Below, piece after piece: positions 18,849-28,466 of a stretch of 32,000 bases of DNA. The stretch's first letter is position 1. Every line of letters starts with the position of its first letter. Source of the DNA: Mycoplasma mobile 163K. GTDB lineage: Bacteria > Bacillota_I > Bacilli_A > Mycoplasmatales > Metamycoplasmataceae. Both the position numbers and the translations under genes were made by a program. The notes below the pieces were generated by a model that was given only the letters and a program-made list of their open reading frames with translations, was not told where the DNA came from and did not search any database. The stretch is taken from positions 660,001-692,000 of the forward strand of contig NC_006908.1 in NCBI RefSeq assembly GCF_000008365.1, given 5' to 3'.

Positions 18849-20546
18849 ATGAATAAAACTTTAGATTTAGATAATGTAACAACAAAGCCTGGTGTTTATC
18901 TTTGAAAAAATAAACATGGCAACATTGTTTATGTTGGAAAGGCCAAAAATTTAAGAAGTAGAATGAAACAATATTTTAGTGGAATGCTAAATTCTTACAA
19001 AACTATAAAATTAGTTCAAATCATAGATTCATACGAAGTAATTGTTACTACTAGCGAAAAAGAAGCTTTGATATTGGAAAGAAATTTAATCGAAACACAT
19101 AAACCAAGTTTCAATATTTTATTAATAGATGATAAAAGATATCCTTATATAAAAATATCACTATTAAAAAATGATATTGAAATAAAAATGGTAAGAAGAT
19201 ATAAAAAGCAAAATAATAGCTTTTATTATGGACCTTTCCCAACGGGTTTTGGAGCAAAAGTTTTGATCAATTTATTAATAAGAGAAACAAAATTTGAAAA
19301 AGGACTGCCAGTTGTAAACAAAAATGCCTCTTATTGGAAAGAACAATTTAAAAAAGTAAAAAATATTTTAGGTGTAAATAACAAAGAATACATAAATGAC
19401 TTGAAAAAGCAAATGTTTTTAAGTGCTGAGAATTTTCAATTTGAAATTGCAAATGAAATAAAATCAACAATACTATTTTTAGAAGAGTTAAAAAACAATC
19501 AAGTTGTTGAATTAAAAAATGATAAAAATATTGATGTTATTGGATTTTCAGAAGATAAAAACTATATATTTTTAAATATGCTTTTTTATAGATATGGAGC
19601 CTTATTATCTAGTGAGGATTTTGTTTTAGAAAAATTAAGTGATGGAAAAGAAACTATTAGAAAATTTATAAATGAATATTACACTTTAAATTTGCTACCT
19701 GATGAATTAATTATTTCATTAGAGTTTACACATAATGATCTGAATTTTGATTTTGAAATATTAAATCCTAAAAGAGGAACCTACAAAAATATTTTAGATA
19801 ATGCAATAATGAGTGCTAATGAAAAAAGAGAAATTAAAATTTTAGAATTTGAAAGAAAAAAAGAAATCACAATAAATAATATTGAAAAATTAGAAGAATT
19901 ACTTGAAACGAAAAATCTTAATCATTTTCTTGTGATTGACAATTCAAATACAAATAATTTTTCACCAGTTTCAGTAATTATTAGTTATAAAAATGGATTA
20001 AAAGACAAAAAAAATTATAAAAAATTTAATTTAGAAACGGGTGATAGAAAAGCAGATGTTGAATATATGAAAGAAGCTTGTTTTAGATATTTTTCCAAAA
20101 AAGAAAATCCAATTCCTGATCTTTTGATTGTGGATGGAGCCCTTGCTCAAGTAAGAGAAGTAAAAAAAATTTTAGCATCATTATTTATAAAGCTTAAAGT
20201 TATTGGTTTAGTAAAAAATGATAAACACATCACAAGTCATATTATTAATTTAAAGGAAAAAAGAGAAGAAATTAGCGATGCTTCTTTATTGATATTTTTA
20301 AAATCTATTCAAGAAGAAGTAGATAGATTTGCTAAATTTCATCACCGCTCTTTAAGAACAAAAAATACTTTGGAAGGATTTTTACTTTCGATTAAAGGTA
20401 TAGGGCCTAAAACTGAAAAAAAATTATTGGAAAATTTTAAAAATTACAGTGAAATTTACAATGCTTCTCTAGAAGATTTAGAAAAAATACTTTCAAAATC
20501 TATTGCAAAAACACTTTATGAAAAAATAAAAAAAAATATTAATTAA
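18849..20546 (+). CDS. uvrC: excinuclease ABC subunit C
   Basis: ATG at 18849 is in the same frame as track ORF 18963-20546 through one TGA (VYLWKN). GIY-YIG module [30 protein letters not shown] and C-terminal helix-hairpin-helix IKGIGPKTEKKLLENF are present. About 565 aa. Confidence 0.93.
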
Positions 20547-22183
20547 AGAATTAATATTTTTTTGCTATCAATTATTTTTGAAGAATTACCATAAAATTTT
20601 TCAACAATATTTTTACGACCTTCTTCTGAAATAATAATATTCGAAACAGTATTTAAAAGATCTTCTGATTCTAATAAATGTAAAATTGTTGAATATTGAG
20701 TATACATTTTCACCAATTTATTTTTTAATGGGTTATTTTCAATAAAGCCATTTAGCAAATAAAATTCAAATGGAATATTTTTATCTCAAAATCTTAATCA
20801 TTCATTTTGGTTAAGTTTTTTTGTACTTTCAAATAAATTTTTTCTCATTTCAACTTTTTCTCTTAATGTTTTAATATAATCAAGTGTTTGACCTTCTGAA
20901 ATTAATCTATCTCTTGGATGCCCTTTAAAAATAAATTTAATTTGATGAATTGGTTGGTTTGGATTTTCCGTAATTGTTTTATTCAATAAAGATAAAATTC
21001 TTGTTGCTTCTGTTTCTGCAAATAAATCAGAATTAGAAATATCATTATCAAAAATAATATTTCCTGAGTAAACAATATTTAAATTATTATTCATATCATC
21101 TAAAGAATTTTCAACAATAATATTACTAGAATTAATAACACTTAAAAAAAGAGTTTTACTTTCTTGACTTAATGAAGTATACATTTTTAAAATTCTTAAA
21201 TTGCTTGAATAAAACGGATCAAATCAACCACTAAAACTATCATTTAGAGATAAAGATGATGTTGAAGAATCGTTTAAATTTCTAATCATATCTGTGCTTG
21301 CAAAAAAGAAAACATTTTGAGAAGTAGAATTAGGTTTTAAATTATTTTCATCATTAGACACTAAAGATTGTCATAACAATGATGCATTTTGAATATTTAA
21401 TTCAAATGAAGGTTCATTTTGTAAGAATTTTTTCTTTAAATCAATTGAGGGTTGAAAAGTTTTTGTTGCAGAATTAAATTTGTTTTTTGAAAAAGAATAA
21501 AAATTGAAAATATTGTCATCAATATAAGTTCTTTCTGCAGATCCATCAGTAATAAATGCTATAGAATTAAATTCAAAAAAAGCTTTATATTTGTCAATTA
21601 TGGCGACAGCTCCATCCTGATCATTATTTTTTATATTGCTAACAAATTTCATTGCATTTTGATATCAAACTTCAGCTGGCATAAATATATCAAATTTTTT
21701 TCCTGGATTTTCCAATTTAATATTTTCAAATTCTGCATTGCTTCATGAATCAATTCTGGAAGCATTATTAGCATTAGGGATTTTTTTAAAAATCACATTT
21801 TTATATTTTGCTGTAATTAAAGAATAATTCTTATTGCTAAAACCTTCATCATAATTACTTAAAATATAAATTTTTTTATTTGGATTAATTTCTAAAATTT
21901 TTAGTAAACTACTAAATTGTGACATTCTTTGAATAACACCATCTCATGAATTGTAGTATACTAAAACATTATCTTGCATTTCTGTTGCATGCAACCTTGA
22001 ATAATTCTCTAAATCATTTTCTTTACTTAAATAATTTGATTCCACATCTGATAATTTTTGATTTAAATTCAATGGCTGAATTTCTATTTGCTGCATTGAA
22101 AAAATTGCAACTGGTACAGCAATTAAAATTGAAACTGCTGCTGTTGAAGCAATAATACTTCCTATTAATAATTTTTTTCTCAT
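20543..22183 (-). CDS. membrane-anchored GT80-like (PmST1 / PM0188-type) sialyltransferase-fold protein, 546 aa
   Basis: Track ORFs 21944-22183, 21743-21925, 21371-21652, 20798-21184 and 20543-20758 share one frame. The gaps were checked codon by codon and contain only TGA (seven in total). The N-terminus is MRKK plus a hydrophobic stretch of about 22 residues (no Cys). Ordered motif matches to PmST1 are ITDGS, WQS...ASTD, FKGHPR, IPFEFYLLNG and YST. Confidence 0.6.
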
Positions 22184-22254
22184 AATTTTATATTAACACA
22201 TTATCTTTGTGCATTATAATAATTAAATTTATTGGTTAAAAATACGGAGGAAAT

Positions 22255-23502
22255 ATGAATAGTTTTTTAAAAGAGTTGCAAGAGAAAAATCTGATTCAAG
22301 ATATTTCTAATATTGAAAAAATTGAAAATTCTTTAAAAAATAAAATGGGTATTTATGTAGGTTTTGATCCAAGTGCAAAAAGCATTCATTTAGGAAACTT
22401 TGTTGTTATTAATGTACTTTTAATTGCAAAAAAACACAGAATTCCAACAGTCGCTTTAATTGGTGGAGCAACAGGAGGAATTGGTGATCCTTCAGGCAAA
22501 AAAAGCGAAAGAATTTTAATTGATGAAGATACTTTAAAAAAGAACACAGAAGCAATTAAAAAGCAAATTAAACATTTTCTTCCGGATGCAAAAATTGTTA
22601 ATAATAGTGATTTTTACAAAAATCAAAGTTTCATTGATTTTTTAAGAGATGTTGGAAAATTCATTCAAGTTTCTTATATGTTATCAAAAGAAATAGTTAA
22701 AAATAGGCTTGAAAGTGGGATTTCTTTTACTGAATTTGCATATTCACTAATTCAAGCAAATGATTTTCATTATTTATTTAAAAATCATAATGTAGGGATT
22801 CAATTTGGAGGTTCAGATCAATGAGGGAATATTACGACAGGTCTTGAATTAATTAGAAAAAGAAATGGGGAAAATAGTTTTAGTGGAGGTTTTACAATCA
22901 AGCTTCTATTAAAATCTGATGGGACAAAATTTGGAAAAAGTGAACAAGGAGCTATTTATCTCGATCCTTCACTAACTAGCCCATATACAATGTATCAATT
23001 TCTTTTGAATCAAAATGACAGTGATTTATTGAATTTATTCAATTTTATTTCTGATTTAGGAATAAAAGAAATTTTGGAAATTATTACTAAACATAGTGAA
23101 AATCCTGAAAAAAGATATGGGCAAAAAATGCTTGCAAATAATATTGTAAACCGCATCCATGGAAAAAATGCTTTAAATGAAGTTGAAAATATCTCAAATA
23201 TTTTATTTAAAAATGGAAAAATAAATGATTTAAGTAAAAGTGAGGTTTCTATTATTATTAATAGTTTTGAAGTGAATCATGTAAATTTTTCTAATGATGA
23301 AAAAATTATTGATATTTTAGATAGAGCAAAAATTTTTAAATCAAAAAATGAAATAAGAAAATTAATTGAGCAAAAAGGGCTTGTTGTTGGTGCTGAAATA
23401 ATTACTGATTTTGATCAAATATTAAAAGATTCTAATTTAACACATGGAGTTATTTTTGCTAGGCAAGGAAAGAAAAAAATTTTTATTATCAAAAAATCTT
23501 AA
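22255..23502 (+). CDS. tyrS: tyrosyl-tRNA synthetase
   Basis: SD ACGGAGGAAAT lies before the ATG at 22255. Track ORFs 22255-22824 and 22990-23502 are the same frame, joined through TGA (GSDQWGN). HIGH-type motif SIHLGN, KMSKS-type motif KFGKS and a C-terminal S4-like domain are present. About 415 aa. Confidence 0.95.
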
Positions 23503-23554
23503 GTCAATTAAAACTAAATTAATAAAGATAATAATATCAATGTAAAATGTTTGT

Positions 23555-24394
23555 ATGAAAGAAAACAAAATTATAATTGGCTCTCATGTAGAATTCAAAG
23601 CTCCTGATTATCTTTTTGGAGCAGCAAAAACATCTTACAATAATAAAGCTAATGCAATGATGATTTATTTAGGAGCACCACAAAATTCAAAACGTGTTAA
23701 TGTTTCAAAATATAAAATTGAAGAATATAAAAGAGATTTTGAAAAAATAATTGTGCCCGAAAATATTATAGTTCATGCTCCTTACATTACAAATTGTGCA
23801 AATCCAGATAAATTTGATTTTGCTACTGATTTTTTGATTGAAGAAATTAGAAGAATGTCATTTTTTGGAGCTAAATATCTTGTTTTACATCCTGGAGCCT
23901 TTACAACTTTTTCAAAAGAAATAGCTTATGAAATTTTAGAAAAGGCTTTAATTAAAATTCTAGATCAAACCGAAAATGTTGTGATTGCACTCGAAACAAT
24001 GAGTGGAAAAGGAACTGAAATCGGAACAAAAATTAATGAATTAACTAATTTAATTGAAAAAATAAAATCACCTCGTCTAGCACTTTGTTTAGATACATGT
24101 CATGTTTGAGATGCTGGTTATGATATTAAAAATTTAGAAGTTTTTATTAATCACTTAGAGGAAATTGATGCACTAAAATATATTAAAGTGATTCATTTAA
24201 ATGATTCTAAAAATGATATTTTTTCAAAAAAAGATAGACATGAAAATATAGGGAAAGGATTTATTGGTTTTGAAACATTGCAAAAAATTGTCTTTCATGA
24301 AAAATTTAAAAATATTCCAATTATTCTAGAAACTCCTTGAGTTGAAAATATACCTATTTATGATAAAGAAATAAAATTATTACTTGGACAATAA
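23555..24394 (+). CDS. nfo: endonuclease IV (AP endonuclease, Nfo)
   Basis: Track ORF 23555-24109 continues through two TGA (HVWDAGY, TPWVEN) to TAA at 24392-24394 (279 aa). Metal-ligand blocks VHAPY, LHPG, ALETM, LDTCHV, IHLNDS and LETP are present. Confidence 0.92.
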
Positions 24395-24468
24395 AAATGT
24401 ACAATTAATATATATAATTTTATTTAAAACATAGTTTCAAAAAGAAACAAAATTTAAAGGACGGAAAA

Positions 24469-24621
24469 ATGGCACGTGATGGAATCACTTTAAGATGTGA
24501 AGAATGTAAAATGGAAAATTACATTACAAAGAAAAATAAAAAATTGCATACAGAAAAATTGGAAACAAAAAAGTTTTGCCCAAAATGTAATTCTCATGTA
24601 ACTCACAAAGAGAAAAAATAG
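24469..24621 (+). CDS. rpmG: 50S ribosomal protein L33
   Basis: 50-aa ORF missed by the track: [50 protein letters not shown]. It has a CxxC...CxxC zinc ribbon. SD AAAGGACGGAAAA lies upstream. Confidence 0.9.
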
Positions 24622-24643
24622 TTGTTGAGGGAGAATTTATTAG

Positions 24644-25684
24644 ATGAATCGTAAATATATTGAAAAAGTTTTTGAACTAACTAAAGCCGATGTAATTATT
24701 TCAGATTCATATCAAACTAGAAAATGATATGCTGATGTTATGACAAGTGATGGATTTATTATCATTGAAAAAAATAGAGCGGATCTTTTTGTAGATGGTA
24801 GATATATTGAATATGCAAAGACAAATGCAAGAAATGTTGAAGTTCATTTATTATTAAAAGATAGTTTAAAAACTTTTGTTCAACAAAAAAAATACCAAGT
24901 AGTTGCATTAGAAAAAGACTATTTGAAAATAGATGGATTTAACAAAATTAAAAATCTTATACCTGATGCAAAATTTAAATTTTTTGATGCTCAAACATTA
25001 AGAATATTAAAAGATGATGTTGAAATTTCTAAAATTCAAGGAGCTATTGATATTTCCTTGAATGCTTTTGATATGCTTAAGTCATTTTTAACACCTGGAG
25101 TAAGTGAAAAAGAAATTGACCACAAATTAGGATACCTTTTAAGACGTCATGGTGCTGAAAAGGAAAGTTTTGACACAATTGTTGCTAGTGGCCCAAATAC
25201 AGCAATGCCTCATGCAAAGCCTAGTGATAGAATTTTAGAAGAAGGAGATATTGTTACAATTGATTTTGGAGCACAATTTCAAGGATATGCAGCAGATATA
25301 ACAAGAACTTTCATTCTTGGAGGTAAGGAAAAAGCAAAAGATCCTAAATATGTTGAAATACTAGAAATTGTAGAAGAAGCTGCTAAAAGAGGAAGAAATG
25401 CAGTAAAACCTGGAATTAGTACTTCTGAGATCGATAAAATTTGTCGTGAATATATTGACTCAAAGGGTTATGGCAAGTATTTTGTTCATTCGACAGGACA
25501 TGGGTTAGGAATTGATGTTCATGAATTACCTGTTGTTGCCCAAAGATTAAAAGGTGAAATTTTAGAGCCTGGAATGGTTATTACAGTTGAACCTGGAATT
25601 TATATCGAAGGAATTGGTGGAGCAAGAATCGAAGATGATGTTCTTGTAACAGAAACAGGACATAGAGTTCTAAGTAGAAAGTAG
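24644..25684 (+). CDS. pepP: Xaa-Pro aminopeptidase (M24B family)
   Basis: ATG at 24644 after GAGGGAG, in the same frame as track ORF 24740-25684 through one TGA. M24 metal-ligand blocks IDFGAQFQGYAADITRT, HSTGHGLGIDVHE, VEPGIY and ARIEDDV are present. Confidence 0.9.
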
Positions 25685-25689
25685 GATAT

Positions 25690-26256
25690 ATGGTAAATGT
25701 AAATAATTTTAAAAATGGAATTACCTTTCAAGAAGAAGATGAAATTTTTAGTGTGATTGAAGCACAACATTCAAAACAAGGAAGAGGACAAGCTTCAGTA
25801 AAGGCAAAAGTTAAAAACCTAAGAACTGGTGCAATAACAATTAAATCTTATACTGGTGGAGACAAAGTTAAAAAAGCTCATATTGAAAAAATTGAAATGA
25901 ATTTTTTATATGATGAAGGTGAAAATATTGTTTTAATGGACAATGCAACTTATGAGCAAATTAGCATTCCAAAAACAAGAGTTGAATGGGAAATGAATTT
26001 TCTTGTTGAAGGTGCAAAAGTTCATATTAGAAAATTTGCAGATGAAATTTTAGATATTGAAATTCCAGTTAATATTGAATTAAAAGTAATAGATGCTCCT
26101 GAGGCTGTAAAAGGAAATACTTCTTCTAATCCTCAAAAGAAAGTAAAAGTTGAAACAGGTTTTGAACTAGAAACTCCATTATTTATCAAAGAAGGCGAAA
26201 TAATTATTGTTTCTTCTGAAACTGGTAAGTACATGGGAAAAGGAAATAACAAATAA
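25690..26256 (+). CDS. efp: translation elongation factor P
   Basis: 188-aa intact ORF. The loop reads AQHSKQGRGQASVKAKVKNLRTG, and the C-terminal OB domains include VETGFELETPLFIKEGEIIIV. The loop tip is Arg32 (AGA at 25783-25785). Confidence 0.95.
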   Translation: MVNVNNFKNGITFQEEDEIFSVIEAQHSKQGRGQASVKAKVKNLRTGAITIKSYTGGDKVKKAHIEKIEMNFLYDEGENIVLMDNATYEQISIPKTRVEWEMNFLVEGAKVHIRKFADEILDIEIPVNIELKVIDAPEAVKGNTSSNPQKKVKVETGFELETPLFIKEGEIIIVSSETGKYMGKGNNK

Positions 26257-26561
26257 TGCTAGACTACTTAACAATAAATTATGGATTAAATTATACATAT
26301 AACTTGAATCAAGATGTTTTTCATAAAATCATTAAACAAGCTGCAAATCGTGTGAGTCAAGATATTTATATTGAAAATACAGAAGTTCAAATTACAAATA
26401 ATTGCACAAATGTTTCAATTGGATTTTCTTTCAAATTAACTAAAAAAGCAAATCTTGAAAAATTAATGAATTTACTAAGAACAAAAATCAATGAATACAT
26501 TATTAATTTAATCGATATTAATCCCGCAAATATAAAGATGATTTATAGCGGAAGAATGTAA
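26256..26561 (+). CDS. Asp23/Gls24-family (alkaline-shock-protein-like) small protein
   Basis: 101-aa ORF whose ATG overlaps the efp TAA (TAATG). The pattern of a short N-terminal helix (VFHKIIKQAANRV), then V.I....V.I.F.F and a C-terminal INPANIKMIY resembles the Asp23/DUF322 layout found next to efp/nusB in Firmicutes. Confidence 0.5.
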   Translation: MLDYLTINYGLNYTYNLNQDVFHKIIKQAANRVSQDIYIENTEVQITNNCTNVSIGFSFKLTKKANLEKLMNLLRTKINEYIINLIDINPANIKMIYSGRM

Positions 26562-26569
26562 GGAAAAAA

Positions 26570-28411
26570 ATGAATACAAATAAATTAGATACTTTAGCAA
26601 TTAACACACTAAAAGTGAATGGAATTGCTCAAATTTTAAAAGCAAATAGTGGTCATCCCGGAATTGTTCTAGGAGCTGCAAAAATTATGCATAACCTTTT
26701 CTCAAATCACATAAATTTTAATGTGGAAAATCCAAATTGAATTAACCGTGATCGTTTTATATTAAGTTCTGGTCATGGATCAGCATTATTATATGCACAA
26801 TTAAGAGCAATAGGACTTTTAGATGTAAAAGAATTGCACAATTTTAGACAAGTAGATTCTAAAACACCTGGACATCCTGAATATTTACATACTCTAGGAG
26901 TCGAAGCTACAACAGGACCTCTAGGACAAGGGGTTGCTATTGCAGTTGGAATAGCTCTTGCTGAAGCAAATTTAAATGCAAGATTTAATGAAATAAGCCA
27001 TTTTACATATGTTCTTTTAGGAGATGGTGATTTACAAGAAGGAGTTGCAAATGAAGCAATGCAATTTGCAGGTACAAATCAATTAAATAAACTAATTTTA
27101 ATTCATGATTCAAATCGTATTCAACTTGATACTCCTGTTGAAAATGTTTCTAAAGTAGATATTAAAAAAATGGTAGAATCTTTTGGGTTCCAACATATTT
27201 CAGCTACAAATGAAAATTTTAATGAAGCAGTTGAAATTGCTAAAAAGAATTCAAAACCTTCTTTTATTGAAGTAAGAACAATTATTGGCGAAGATTCAAT
27301 TGAAGCAGGAACTACAAAAGTTCATGGTACTCCTCTAACAAAAGAAGATTTTAGTAATTTAAAGAAAAAATTAAATTGAGAATATAGTGATGATTTTCAT
27401 CTACCAATTGAAGTAATTGAACACTACAAAAAAACTTTGCATACTCGTTCTAAAAAAGCTTTTAATAATTTTAAAGCTTCTAAATCTCTTGAGACTTTCT
27501 TAGCAACTAAAAGTATTGACATTAAAGTAGAGCTTCCTAAAAATAAAGCTACTCGCGAAACTGGTGGATTAGTGATTGATTTTCTAAATAAAAATGATAT
27601 TAGATGAATCGGAGGAAGTGCTGATGTTGGCTCTTCAACTAAAGGCCTTGGAGGAGATGGAGATTTTTCTATTTCAAATAAAAAAGGAAGAAATATTAGA
27701 TATGGTGTAAGAGAATTTGCTATGGCTTCGATTGCTAATGGAATTGCTTTACATTCTAACTTTAAAACTTTTGTAACCACATATTTTTCTTTTAGTGATT
27801 ATTTAAAACCTGCAGCACGTCTAAGTGCATTAATGAATTTACCTGTTATTTACATTTTTACTCATGATAGTATTCAAGTAGGTGAAGACGGACCAACACA
27901 TCAACCAATTGAACAATTAGCAATGTGAAGATCTATTCCAAACTTTAAAGTGTACAGGCCAGCTGATGAAAAAGAAGTTTTAGGAGCATTTAAATTAGCT
28001 CTTGAATCAAAATCTAATCCTTCTGTATTAGTTTTATCAAGACAAGCAATTACTTCTTTAGAAGAAACAAATGCAAATAAAGTATCTCAAGGAGCTTATC
28101 ATGTTTTAAAATCTTCAAGTGAATGAACTTTAGTTTCTACAGGAGCAGATTTAGCTAATGCTTATAAAATTGCAAAAGAACTTAAATTAAATTTAGTTTC
28201 TCTTCCTTCTTTTGATTTTAAAAATATTTCTTGAGATATAAATAAAGCCATTTCAATCGAAACAGCAACAACATTTGGTTGAACTAAATTTGCAAAATAT
28301 AACTTTGGAATCGATACTTTTGGAGCTTCTGGAAAACCTGATGATGTAATGAAAAAATTTGAAATGGATTTAAATTCATTACTTCCAAAAATTAAAAAAT
28401 TAATTAAGTAA
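26570..28411 (+). CDS. tkt: transketolase
   Basis: ATG at 26570. Track ORFs 26834-27379 and 27722-27928 share its frame, and all interruptions are TGA. Motifs SGHPG, the ThDP-binding GDGDLQEG...N, and [19 protein letters not shown] are present. It ends in TAA at 28409-28411 (613 aa). Confidence 0.95.
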
Positions 28412-28416
28412 AAATT

Positions 28417-28448
28417 AAAAATGTGCAATAAAGCACATTTTTTTTATC
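28417..28448. terminator. bidirectional hairpin terminator between convergent tkt and pgi
   Basis: AAAAATGTGC (28417-28426), loop AATAAA, GCACATTTTT (28433-28442), with the T-run continuing. An A-rich run on the other side serves the minus-strand pgi. Confidence 0.75.
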
Positions 28449-28466
28449 TTGTTTTACAAGATTATT

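Noticed and set aside
22160-22183. A7 homopolymer immediately after the start codon of the GT80-like gene (ATG AGA AAA AAA TTA) as a possible slipped-strand phase-variation switch.
   Set aside because: Runs of 7-9 A/T are ubiquitous in this AT-rich window, inside essential genes too, and the tract simply encodes the Arg-Lys-Lys of a signal-anchor. There is no evidence of length heterogeneity from a single sequence.
22184-22254. T-box or other leader upstream of tyrS, and likewise upstream of leuS (14421-14455).
   Set aside because: The intergenic regions are only about 71 nt and 35 nt, too short for a T-box (my recollection is that these leaders run to about 200 nt or more). They contain no specifier/antiterminator-like structure, only overlapping divergent -10 boxes (ATTATAAT at 22213-22220).
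27424-27780. 118-aa minus-strand ORF, together with other track ORFs at 659-886(+), 2505-2699(+), 2817-3071(+), 2977-3165(+), 4451-4657(-), 5070-5318(+), 6145-6348(-), 11248-11433(-), 14385-14570(+), 15682-15870(-), 16443-16628(+), 17819-18025(+), 18503-18694(+), 21946-22155(+), 28162-28428(-), 29921-30169(+) and 31119-31304(-).
   Set aside because: All lie antisense to, or out of frame within, well-supported conserved genes (tkt, rsmI, ffh, manA, rmuC, comEB, deoC, ftsH and others). They have low-complexity or hydrophobic shadow-frame composition, no SD and no recognisable motifs.
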